Shown: piece after piece, positions 1 through 8,659 of the stretch
Layout of the letters: every line of letters begins with the position of its first letter
Position numbering within the stretch: position 1 is the first letter of the stretch
NCBI GenBank assembly: GCA_902582875.1
Contig: CACHTV010000002.1
Location: forward strand, 12,024-76,023
Direction: 5' to 3'
Length of the DNA: 64,000 bases
DNA from: an uncultured Pelagibacteraceae bacterium
GTDB taxonomy: Bacteria; Pseudomonadota; Alphaproteobacteria; Pelagibacterales; Pelagibacteraceae
Program-made: the position numbers and the translations under genes
Notes under the pieces: model-generated
What the model was told of the DNA's origin: nothing
The model's database searches: none
Seen by the model: the letters and a program-made list of their open reading frames with translations, nothing else

Positions 1-772
1 TGGAGGTGCAGATATGCCAGTTGTTATATCTATGCTTAATTCTTATTCAGGATGGGCAGCAGCAGGAATTGGATTCACTTTAGAGAATACTGCTCTAATA
101 ATTACAGGAGCTCTTGTAGGGTCTTCTGGAGCAATTCTCTCTTATATTATGTGTAAAGCTATGAACAGATCTTTCATAAGTGTTATTCTTGGAGGATTTG
201 GTGCAGATAATTCTTCGAGTGACACAAAAGATAAACAAGATCAAAAACCAGTTAAAAGTGGAAATGCAGAGGATGCAGCTTTTTTAATGAAGAATGCATC
301 TTCAGTTATAATTGTTCCAGGTTATGGAATGGCTGTAGCTCAAGCACAACATGCTTTAAGAGAAATGGTAGATAAGTTAAAAAAGAATGATATTAAAGTA
401 ACCTATGCAATCCATCCCGTAGCTGGAAGGATGCCCGGCCATATGAATGTATTATTAGCTGAGGCAAACGTTCCTTACGATGAAGTTTTTGAATTAGAAG
501 ATATAAATAATGATTTTGCAAATTCAGACGTAGCATTTGTTATTGGAGCCAATGATGTAACAAATCCTGTTGCAAAAACTGATCCAAAAAGCCCTATCTT
601 TGGAATGCCTGTCCTCGATGTAGAAAAATGTAAATCTGTATTATTTGTGAAAAGAAGCTTATCACCTGGATACGCAGGTATAGACAATGAATTATTTTAT
701 AGAGATAATACTTTAATGTTATTTGCTGATGCAAAAAAAATGACAGAAGATATTGTAAAAAATTTAGATTAA
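1..772 (+). CDS. pntB: NAD(P) transhydrogenase subunit beta (5'-partial; reading frame enters from the window edge)
   Basis: [33 protein letters not shown] and [18 protein letters not shown] motifs of PntB; frame is open from position 2. Confidence 0.97.
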   Translation, partial: GGADMPVVISMLNSYSGWAAAGIGFTLENTALIITGALVGSSGAILSYIMCKAMNRSFISVILGGFGADNSSSDTKDKQDQKPVKSGNAEDAAFLMKNASSVIIVPGYGMAVAQAQHALREMVDKLKKNDIKVTYAIHPVAGRMPGHMNVLLAEANVPYDEVFELEDINNDFANSDVAFVIGANDVTNPVAKTDPKSPIFGMPVLDVEKCKSVLFVKRSLSPGYAGIDNELFYRDNTLMLFADAKKMTEDIVKNLD

Positions 773-1470
773 TGAAAACAAAAATATTTTGTGACAGCGC
801 AGACTATAAGATTATTAAATTTTTTAATAATAAAAATTTAGTTAATGGCTTTACAACTAACCCAAGTTTAATGAGACTTTCAGGGGCTAAAAACTATAAA
901 GATTATTCATTAAAAATTTTAAATATTTGTAAAAGAAAACCAATTTCATTTGAGGTTTTTGCAGACAATCCCAAAGAAATGCTTAAACAAGCATATAAAA
1001 TAAACAAATGGGGCAAGAATGTTTATGTCAAGATACCAGTTGTTAATTCAAAGGGATTTTTTATGGGTTCGGTAATTAGAGAATTAAGCAACAAAGATAT
1101 AAAATTAAATATAACAGCCGTATATACTTATGAGCAAACAGTGAAAATTTTTAAGTGTTTAAATAAAAAAACAAAATCAATAATATCTATATTTGCAGGT
1201 AGAATGGCAGATAAAGGTAAAGACCCGCTTCCAATATTTAAAAAAAGCATCGCCTTAACAAAAAAATTCAAAAATATTGAAATTCTTTGGGCTAGCACGA
1301 GAGAAGCTTATAATTTTATTCAAGCCAAAAAACTTAGATGCAATATTATAACTATGCCTCCAAAAGTGATTAATCAAATTAGTTCATTTGGTAAAAGTTA
1401 TAAATCTTTAACTCTTGATACAGTTAAAGGTTTTTTAACTGATAGTAAAAAATCTAAATTCAAAATTTAA
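772..1470 (+). CDS. tal: Transaldolase (short TalC/FSA-type)
   Basis: GFTTNPSL, ISFEV, VYVKIP (Schiff-base Lys), LNITA, SIFAGR, LWASTRE motifs. Confidence 0.9.
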   Translation: MKTKIFCDSADYKIIKFFNNKNLVNGFTTNPSLMRLSGAKNYKDYSLKILNICKRKPISFEVFADNPKEMLKQAYKINKWGKNVYVKIPVVNSKGFFMGSVIRELSNKDIKLNITAVYTYEQTVKIFKCLNKKTKSIISIFAGRMADKGKDPLPIFKKSIALTKKFKNIEILWASTREAYNFIQAKKLRCNIITMPPKVINQISSFGKSYKSLTLDTVKGFLTDSKKSKFKI

Positions 1471-3284
1471 GAAGCTCTAGAACGTCTTTTTCTTTCGTGA
1501 GGATCTAAAATTAATTTTCTTAATCTGCAGGACTTTGGAGTAATTTCAAGCGCTTCATCAGTGTTAAGCATACCTAGTTGTTCTGCTATTGCCATTTTTC
1601 TTACTGGAGTTAAAACAACATTTTCATCTGTTCCTTGCGTTCTCATATTTGTAAGCTTTTTTCCTTTCATGACATTTATTTCTAGATCTCCACTTTTAGA
1701 GGCTAGACCAACGATCATACCTTCATAGACCGGATCATTATGAGTGATAAACATTTCACCTCTTGCCTGAAGATTGAATATCGCAAAAGCAACAGCTTTT
1801 CCATCTTCCATAGAAATTAAAGCCCCATTTCTTCTTCCCTCCATATCTCCAGTGTATTTCCCATATGAGTTAAAAATTCTATTTATTACTCCAGTTCCCT
1901 TGGTTAAAGTTAAGAATCTACTTGTATAACCCATTAATCCTCTGGTTGGAGCGTGAAAGATTAATCTTTTTTTATTTTTACCAGTATCTTTTAGTTCAAT
2001 TAATTTCCCTTTTCTTCTGTTCATGGAGTCAATTATTTTTGAAGAGAATTCCTCATCTAGATCCATTGTAATTTCCTCTATTGGCTCTAGTTTATTTCCC
2101 TCTTTATCTTTTTGAAGCAATACTTTTGGCGGACTCACAGTCATTTCAAATCCTTCTCTTCTCATTTGAGTGAGTAAAATTTCTAGCATCAATTCTCCAC
2201 GTCCGCTTATTATAAAAGCATCTTTATTTTCATTTTCATCAAACGATATTCCAACGTTATTTTCTGCTTCTAAAATCAATCTTTCTCTTATTTGAGTGCT
2301 AGTTAATTTTTTACCTTCTGTTCCGGCAAGAGGTGAACTGTTAACTGTGATAGTTATAGACATTGTTGGGGGATCAATGGGAGTTGCGTCTATAGGTTTA
2401 TTTATCTCAAGATCACAAATAGTATCTGCTACATTTGCTTTTTCTAAACCAGCTATTATTACAATATCTCCTGCTTCTCCTATTTCAATGGGCACTCTTT
2501 TTGTTCCCTCATATCTAAAAATTTTTGTTAATCTTCCTTCATCAATTTTTTCACTTTTAAGATTAATCGCTTTAATTTGTTGATTTGCCCTAGCCGTACC
2601 TTGTGCAATTTTACCAATCAGACTTCTACCTAAAAAACTGTCAGCATAAAGCAATGTAGATAACATAGCGAAAGGTTTTGTTTTATCTAATGGAGCAGGA
2701 TTCACTTTTTCAATAATTAAATCTAATAAAGGATGCAAATTTTCTCTAGGTCCGTCTATTTCTTTGCAAGCCCATCCAGATCTTCCGCTTGCATATAATA
2801 CATGAAAATCCAATTGTTCTTCGTTAGCGTCTAAGCTAACAAATAAATCAAATGTTTCATCTAAAACTTCATTAGCTCTTTGGTCAGATTTATCTAATTT
2901 ATTTATAACCACTATAGGCTTTAAACCTTGTTTGAGAGCCTTAGCTAAAACAAATTTTGTTTGAGGCATCACTCCTTCTGCAGAGTCTATTAATAACAAA
3001 GCTCCATCTGCCATATGTAAAACTCTCTCTACTTCAGCAGCAAAATCTCTGTGACCTGGTGTATCTATAATATTTATTCTAGAATTTTTCCAATTTATCG
3101 AGGTTGGTTTTGCTAAAATTGTAATACCTCTTTCTTTTTCAAGTTCACCTGAGTCCATAAGCCTTTCTTCAACAACTTCATTGTCTCTAAATAAGCCGCT
3201 TTGTTTCATTAAACTATCAATCAAAGTTGTTTTGCCATGATCAACATGCGCAATGATTGTTATGTTTCTGATTGTATTCGTCAT
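1467..3284 (-). CDS. typA: Translational GTPase TypA/BipA
   Basis: IAHVDHGKTT, ERGITILAK, DTPGHRDF, GRGEL, C-terminal EITPKSCRLRK. Confidence 0.97.
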   Translation of the reverse strand: MTNTIRNITIIAHVDHGKTTLIDSLMKQSGLFRDNEVVEERLMDSGELEKERGITILAKPTSINWKNSRINIIDTPGHRDFAAEVERVLHMADGALLLIDSAEGVMPQTKFVLAKALKQGLKPIVVINKLDKSDQRANEVLDETFDLFVSLDANEEQLDFHVLYASGRSGWACKEIDGPRENLHPLLDLIIEKVNPAPLDKTKPFAMLSTLLYADSFLGRSLIGKIAQGTARANQQIKAINLKSEKIDEGRLTKIFRYEGTKRVPIEIGEAGDIVIIAGLEKANVADTICDLEINKPIDATPIDPPTMSITITVNSSPLAGTEGKKLTSTQIRERLILEAENNVGISFDENENKDAFIISGRGELMLEILLTQMRREGFEMTVSPPKVLLQKDKEGNKLEPIEEITMDLDEEFSSKIIDSMNRRKGKLIELKDTGKNKKRLIFHAPTRGLMGYTSRFLTLTKGTGVINRIFNSYGKYTGDMEGRRNGALISMEDGKAVAFAIFNLQARGEMFITHNDPVYEGMIVGLASKSGDLEINVMKGKKLTNMRTQGTDENVVLTPVRKMAIAEQLGMLNTDEALEITPKSCRLRKLILDPHERKRRSRAS

Positions 3285-3289
3285 TATTT

Positions 3290-3366
<77 letters not shown>

Positions 3367-3371
3367 TTGAA

Positions 3372-3575
3372 TTAAAATTTTTTAATATTTATTGCTTGGA
3401 GTTTATTTTTCTCTTCTTTTATATCAAACTTAATTTTTTGCTCTTCTTTTAATACTCTTAGCTTAGATTCCTCTAGCGCTGAAACATGTAAGAAAATATC
3501 TTTATTTGTTTCATCATCAGTAATAAATCCATAACCTTTTTTGGAATTAAACCATTTTACTTTACCAGATGGCAT
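3372..3575 (-). CDS. Cold-shock protein (CSD)
   Basis: GKVKWFNSKKGYGFI and DIFLHVSAL RNP motifs; start placed at ATG 3575 (MPSGK) after a GAGG SD rather than at 3590. Confidence 0.93.
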   Translation of the reverse strand: MPSGKVKWFNSKKGYGFITDDETNKDIFLHVSALEESKLRVLKEEQKIKFDIKEEKNKLQAINIKKF

Positions 3576-3604
3576 TATTGATCCTCTCATTTTATTTATT
3601 TTAA

Positions 3605-3799
3605 TTAGTACCTATTTTTTAGTTTTTGGAGTTTTTTTATTCTTTTAATATTTTCTGTTTGAACTCTTTTTTTTCTTTCTGAGGGTTTTTCATAAGTGCT
3701 TTTCATTTTCATAATTTTGAAAAAACCTTCCTTTTGAAGCTTTCTTTTTAAAATTCTAATAGCCTGTTCAACATTATTATCTTTTACTTCTATTTTAAT
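3605..3799 (-). CDS. rpsU: 30S ribosomal protein bS21, ATT start (not in the ORF track)
   Basis: Manual translation (M)KIEVKDNNVEQAIRILKRKLQKEGFFKIMKMKSTYEKPSERKKRVQTENIKRIKKLQKLKNRY*, with the S21 signature V.DNNVEQA.R.LK.K...EG...YEKPS; AGGAGG 5 nt upstream; in-frame TAA at 3814-3812. Confidence 0.93.
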   Translation of the reverse strand: MKIEVKDNNVEQAIRILKRKLQKEGFFKIMKMKSTYEKPSERKKRVQTENIKRIKKLQKLKNRY

Positions 3800-3803
3800 A
3801 AAA

Positions 3804-3810
3804 ACCTCCT
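3804..3810 (-). promoter_or_regulatory. Strong Shine-Dalgarno (AGGAGGT) of rpsU
   Basis: Minus strand reads AACAGGAGGTTTTT-ATT. Confidence 0.85.
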
Positions 3811-3849
3811 GTTAATTTCACGTTAGTTATCATCTGTTTAGGTAATTGT

Positions 3850-4434
3850 CTAGACTGAAGCTGCTTGCGCTTTTTTTTCTTCTCTAATTTTGGCTTTTCT
3901 TTCTCTTTCAACTCTTCTTTTGGCTTTTTCAAGACTCTTTTGAAAAGTTTCTTGAGTGCAAAGTGCTAAAATTACTGGATCTCTAGGTTTGAGATTAGAA
4001 AAATTCCAATAACTTCTTTTTCTAATTAGTGATACAGTGCTTTTTGTGCTTCCAACTAATTTTGAGATCTGTCCGTCTGTTAATTCAGAGGCGTTTTTAC
4101 ATAACCATAAGATAGCGTCAGGCCTATCCTGTCTTTTAGATAAAGGTGTATATTTAGGTTTTTTTCTTTCTTTAACTTCTACTTCATCAACTTTTTTTAG
4201 TAACTTTAATTCTTTTTCAGGATTTTTTGAACATTCCTCTATTTCCTCCCTAGATAATTGCCCAGCTAAAATTGGATTATAAGCCTTAATTCCTTTTGCT
4301 ACATCTCCGTCAGCAATTCCTTTAATCTCTAATTCATGTAGATTACAAAATTCTGCAATCTGTTTAAAAGTTAATGTTGTATTTTCTACCAACCAAACAG
4401 CAGTGGCTTTTGGCATAAATGGTGCTTCAGGCAT
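3850..4434 (-). CDS. trcR: DUF1013 family protein (TrcR-like RNA polymerase-associated regulator)
   Basis: MPKATAVWLVENTTLTFKQIAEFC, KYTPLSKRQDRPDAILW, LKPRDPVILALC, typical of alphaproteobacterial DUF1013. Confidence 0.88.
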   Translation of the reverse strand: MPEAPFMPKATAVWLVENTTLTFKQIAEFCNLHELEIKGIADGDVAKGIKAYNPILAGQLSREEIEECSKNPEKELKLLKKVDEVEVKERKKPKYTPLSKRQDRPDAILWLCKNASELTDGQISKLVGSTKSTVSLIRKRSYWNFSNLKPRDPVILALCTQETFQKSLEKAKRRVERERKAKIREEKKAQAASV

Positions 4435-4437
4435 ATT

Positions 4438-4662
4438 CTATTTTTTTGTTCTTAGGTTGCTAAATTTTTTATTATACTTGCTTACTCTTCCTTTATCGAG
4501 AACTTTTTGTGCGCCACCTGTCCATGCATAATGAGACTTTGGATCAATATCTAATTTTAAAATATCATTTTCTTTACCCCAAGTAGACCTAGTTTCAAAT
4601 TCTGTACCATCAGTCATAACCACCTTAATTTTGTGATAATTTGGATGTATGTTTTTTTTCAT
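4438..4662 (-). CDS. rpmE: 50S ribosomal protein bL31 (Cys-free alphaproteobacterial type)
   Basis: [10 protein letters not shown]...[14 protein letters not shown]...[13 protein letters not shown]. Confidence 0.96.
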   Translation of the reverse strand: MKKNIHPNYHKIKVVMTDGTEFETRSTWGKENDILKLDIDPKSHYAWTGGAQKVLDKGRVSKYNKKFSNLRTKK

Positions 4663-4690
4663 TTTGGGAGTTTTATATTATTACAGGTTT

Positions 4691-5491
4691 TTACTCAATA
4701 TTTTTTTTTAGAATTAAATCCCTTAATTCTTCATGAATATTTGAATTTGAAGCTAAAATGTTCCTTTTCAACGGAACTTTATTATCAGGATCAAAAATAT
4801 TAATAAATCCACCTGCTTCTTTTAAAATAATTATACCTGCTGCAATATCCCAATAATTTAATTCTCTTTGCCAATAACCATCAAATCTCCCGCAGGCAAC
4901 GTAAGCCATATCTAAAGCAGCACTGCCATACCTTCTTACATTAGGAATATTTTTTGTAACTTTAATATAATCTGAAAAAATTTCATCTTTTATTTTACTA
5001 GAGAGTTTAGGGCCTCCAGTTACAAGCAAAGCATCCTTTATATTTTTTTTATTGGAAACTCTTATTCTAGAGTTATTTAAATAAGCACCATTTCCTTTTT
5101 CTGCACTGAACAATTCATTTTTAATTGGATCAAAAATCACTCCACACTTAAGTTCTTCTTTTTCTTCGTAGCCAATAGAAATAGCAAAGTGTGGTACTCC
5201 GTTTAAAAAATTTACTGTCCCATCTATTGGATCAACTACCCATCTATTATTTACATTTTTTTCATTAATTATTCCAGTTTCTTCAGTAATAATTCCATAA
5301 TCCGGATGAGCTTTAAGTAATTCATCAATAATTATTTTTTCAGTTCTTTTGTCAGCTGAAGTAACAAAATCTCCAGGTCCTTTTGATGAAACTTGTAAAT
5401 TTTCTATTTCACCAAAATCTCTTATTAAAGATCTCGAAGCTTTCATGCAGGCTTTAGTAATAATGTTTATCTGAGGGGAGTTTAATCTCAT
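4691..5491 (-). CDS. suhB: Inositol monophosphatase SuhB
   Basis: DFVTSAD, WVVDPIDGTVNF, GSAALDMAYVACG, WDIAAG. Confidence 0.95.
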   Translation of the reverse strand: MRLNSPQINIITKACMKASRSLIRDFGEIENLQVSSKGPGDFVTSADKRTEKIIIDELLKAHPDYGIITEETGIINEKNVNNRWVVDPIDGTVNFLNGVPHFAISIGYEEKEELKCGVIFDPIKNELFSAEKGNGAYLNNSRIRVSNKKNIKDALLVTGGPKLSSKIKDEIFSDYIKVTKNIPNVRRYGSAALDMAYVACGRFDGYWQRELNYWDIAAGIIILKEAGGFINIFDPDNKVPLKRNILASNSNIHEELRDLILKKNIE

Positions 5492-6054
5492 TAATTTACT
5501 CTCTTTACGTACTCTAAGGTGCGAGTATCTAAAATAATTTTTTCCCCACTTTCAATAAAAGGAGGTACATCTATTTTTATACCACAATCTAATATTGCGG
5601 GCTTATAAGAAGAAGAAGCAGTTTGATTTTTTATGGCAGAATCAGTGCTTTCAATAGTGCATTCTATGTTATTGGGAAGTTCTATTGAAATTGGTTTTTC
5701 TTCCATAAAAGAAATTGTGACCTCTAGATTTTCTTTTAATAGTTTATATTGTTCTCCAACTATAAATTTTTTAATTTCGACTTGTTCAAAAGTTTTGTTA
5801 TCCATAAAATGACAATTATCTCCATCAATATATAAAAAATTAAACTTTTTCTCATTAACCTCGGCTTTTTCTACTGTTTCACTTGATCTAAATCTTTCAT
5901 TTAATTTTGTACCTTTAATTATACTTTTCAATTCTACTTGGTTGAATGCTCCGCCTTTTCCAGGTTTAACATGTTGTGTTTTTAATACACTCCAGTAATC
6001 ATTTTTATGCTCAATAATCATCCCTGGTTTTATTTCGATAGCAGTAATTTTCAT
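5491..6054 (-). CDS. efp: Elongation factor P
   Basis: HVKPGKGGAF, ERFRS, VPPFIESGEKI..DTR. Confidence 0.97.
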   Translation of the reverse strand: MKITAIEIKPGMIIEHKNDYWSVLKTQHVKPGKGGAFNQVELKSIIKGTKLNERFRSSETVEKAEVNEKKFNFLYIDGDNCHFMDNKTFEQVEIKKFIVGEQYKLLKENLEVTISFMEEKPISIELPNNIECTIESTDSAIKNQTASSSYKPAILDCGIKIDVPPFIESGEKIILDTRTLEYVKRVN

Positions 6055-6653
6055 TTAAATTTCCTAATTGCAATTTCTGGTTTTAATTTTGGGTTATCCC
6101 AAATATAACTCGATATTGCAATATATTTAGCTCCAGATTTAATTATTTTTCTATAGTTAGAATTATTAATTCCACCTATCGCAATAATTGGTTTTTTTAT
6201 ATTTCTTTTTGCCCACTTTAAAATATTTAAACTAGCTTTTTTAGCGTTTGGTTTTAACTTTGATTGAGCAAAAGATCCAAAGGCTAAATAACTAGCCTTA
6301 TCTTTAATTGCAATTTTAGCTAGTGATTTAGAATTATGACAAGTAACACCAATAATTTTCTTTTTAAGATATCTTTTTGCTTCTACTACTAAACCATCTT
6401 TTTGACCCAAATGGCATCCATCAGCATTAACAATTTTAGCAATATTAATACTGTCGTTAATTATAAATTTGACTTTATATTTTCTAGTAACTTTTCTTAT
6501 CCTTTTTCCAATTTGAATAATTTTACTTTTTCTTACATTTTTAAGTCTTAATTGAAAATATTTTACATTTTTTTGAGATAGAACTTTTTCAAGATGATTG
6601 TAAAAATCTTTATGAATCTTATTTGGGGATATTAAATATACTAACTTTCTCAA
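6051..6653 (-). CDS. thiE: Thiamine-phosphate synthase (TTG start)
   Basis: FQLRLK, FIIND, ADGCHLGQKD, IIGVTCH, IAIGGIN. Confidence 0.92.
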   Translation of the reverse strand: MRKLVYLISPNKIHKDFYNHLEKVLSQKNVKYFQLRLKNVRKSKIIQIGKRIRKVTRKYKVKFIINDSINIAKIVNADGCHLGQKDGLVVEAKRYLKKKIIGVTCHNSKSLAKIAIKDKASYLAFGSFAQSKLKPNAKKASLNILKWAKRNIKKPIIAIGGINNSNYRKIIKSGAKYIAISSYIWDNPKLKPEIAIRKFK

Positions 6654-6658
6654 GTTAA

Positions 6659-7448
6659 TTAAGCTGAAGCTTCTTTTTCTAAATTTTCAGACCATTCTCC
6701 TTTTGAAGAAAGACCATTCATTTTTGCTCTATGATCAAAAGCTTTTTGAATACCATTTTGATTTTTTTGTTGAAGCAGACCCAGGAATAATCATATTCGG
6801 TTTTAAAACAGTTCCTTTTAAGTTTACTTTATGAATTGAAAGTTCGTTATAACATTCATTTAAAACGTTGGTTGTAACTTGATAACATTTATCGATATCA
6901 TGAGATCCGTCCATTAATACTTCTGGCTCTACTATAGGAACCATATTTGCCTCTTGTACAAGAGCGGCATATCTAGCTAGAGAATGTGCATTTGATTTTA
7001 TAGATTGAGAAGATGGATATTTATCTCCAATTTTATAAACCGCTCTCCATTTTGTAAATCTTGCACCAAGTTCATAATATTCTTTTAATCTTTCTCTCAA
7101 GCCATCTAGGCCTTCCGTTACGGTTTCTTCTGGTGATCCAGCAAGAGTTTTAGCACCTTTATCAACTTTAATACCTGGAAGGGCATTATTTTTTGAAATT
7201 AACTCAGGTATAGTTGGTCCAAGTGTAGTTTTTTGTTTAATAGTCTCGTCAAAAAGAATTACTCCACCAATATAATTTTTCATGGCATCAGAGTTAAAAA
7301 GAGTTTGTCTAAAAATTAATCTATTTTTTTCTGTATTTTCTACATTTATACTTTTAAATCTTTTTGCTATTGTGCCGGTGCTTTCATCTGCTGCTAGTAT
7401 TCCTTTTCCTTTTGCACACATTTTTTTTGCAATTTCTTCTAATGTCAT
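6659..7448 (-). pseudogene. Class I fructose-bisphosphate aldolase with internal deletion and frameshift
   Basis: N-part (KGILAADES, PGIKVDKG, PIVEPEV, LKPNM) runs to about 6765. The true C-terminus NQNGIQKAFDHRAKMNGLSSKGEWSENLEKEASA* is in another frame, ending at 6659. The FLSGGQ and SYGRALQ segments are absent, and the 790-nt span is not a multiple of 3. Confidence 0.85.
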
Positions 7449-7457
7449 AGCTGATAT

Positions 7458-8648
7458 TTATTTTAAAACATTGATACCGGGCAAGTCTTTTCCTTCAAGA
7501 AATTCTAAAAATGCGCCACCTGCTGTTGATAAGTGTGTAAAAGCAAATTTATCATTACTTTTATTTATTGCTGAAATGGTATCTCCACCGCCTAGTATTG
7601 ATATAAGAGATTTTCTAGATGTGCTCTCAGAAATCTTCTTAGCTATAGCCAAGGTACCGGTAGAAAAGTTCTTATTTTCAAAATATCCCGCAGGTCCATT
7701 CCACAAAACTGTACTAGATTGATCTATTATATTTTCTATCTTTTTAACTGTTTTTGGACCGATATCTAAGATTATTTCATCTTTACCAATTGAATCTAAT
7801 TCTTTTATTTTTCCTGAACCTTTAAAATCTATTGAAACAGAGCAGTCTTCAGGAATAAAAATATTACAATTATGTCTTTTAGCCTCAGTATAGATGTTGT
7901 CAATTATTTTTTTAGAATCTTTTTCTATAAGTGACTTTCCAATTTTAAACCCTTTGAAGATTAAAAAATTATTAGCCATAGCACCGACAATAATAATATT
8001 ATTTACATTTTTGATTAAATTAGTAATTATATTAATTTTTGTTGAGACTTTTGACCCTCCAATAATACAACTCACTGGTTCTTTTTTATTTTGAATAATA
8101 GAACTTATTGCTTTTACTTCCTTTTTTAGAAGAGGTCCTGCGTACGACTCTTTTATATATTTAGTAATTTTATGAATTGAAGCCTGAGCCCTGTGAGAAC
8201 AAGAAAAAGCATCATTAATATAAATATCACCTAGCGAAGCAAGTATTTTTGCAAAATTATCATCATTTTCCCTCTCTCCTTTAAAGAATCTAATATTTTC
8301 TATTAAAATAATTTCTCCTTCTTTTAGGTATGAAAACTTGTTTTTCGTTTCCTCATTAATATCTCCCATAAAAAAATACACATTTGTTTGCAGTTGTTCT
8401 TTTAAAAATTTATATATTGGCGATAAAGACAATTCATTATTCTTTACACCTTTTGGTCTTCCTAGATGGCTTATAATAATTATCTTTGCTTTTTTTTTTA
8501 TTAAATCTTTTAAAAAAGGCAGGCTAGATACAATTCTATTTTTATCCTGAATTTCTTTTTTATCTAATGGTACATTTAAATCGAGTCTAAGCATTATTCT
8601 TTTATTTTGAACATCCATATCTTCAGGAAAATATTTTATTTTACTCAT
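7458..8648 (-). CDS. pgk: Phosphoglycerate kinase
   Basis: RLDLNVP, SHLGRP, ENIRF, NDAFSCSHR, GGSKVSTK, WNGPAG, GGGDT, STAGGAFLEFLEG. Confidence 0.97.
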   Translation of the reverse strand: MSKIKYFPEDMDVQNKRIMLRLDLNVPLDKKEIQDKNRIVSSLPFLKDLIKKKAKIIIISHLGRPKGVKNNELSLSPIYKFLKEQLQTNVYFFMGDINEETKNKFSYLKEGEIILIENIRFFKGERENDDNFAKILASLGDIYINDAFSCSHRAQASIHKITKYIKESYAGPLLKKEVKAISSIIQNKKEPVSCIIGGSKVSTKINIITNLIKNVNNIIIVGAMANNFLIFKGFKIGKSLIEKDSKKIIDNIYTEAKRHNCNIFIPEDCSVSIDFKGSGKIKELDSIGKDEIILDIGPKTVKKIENIIDQSSTVLWNGPAGYFENKNFSTGTLAIAKKISESTSRKSLISILGGGDTISAINKSNDKFAFTHLSTAGGAFLEFLEGKDLPGINVLK

Positions 8649-8659
8649 TTAAATTGTGG

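Noticed and set aside
4438-4662. Cys-free bL31 (and the DksA at 55960-56385 lacking the four-Cys zinc finger) as special zinc-sparing adaptations
   Set aside because: These forms are normal for alphaproteobacteria
6735-7448. Treating the 237-aa ORF as a complete short aldolase, or as a programmed frameshift at the A7 run
   Set aside because: Even with a frameshift the product would lack the SGGQ and YGRALQ segments of the barrel
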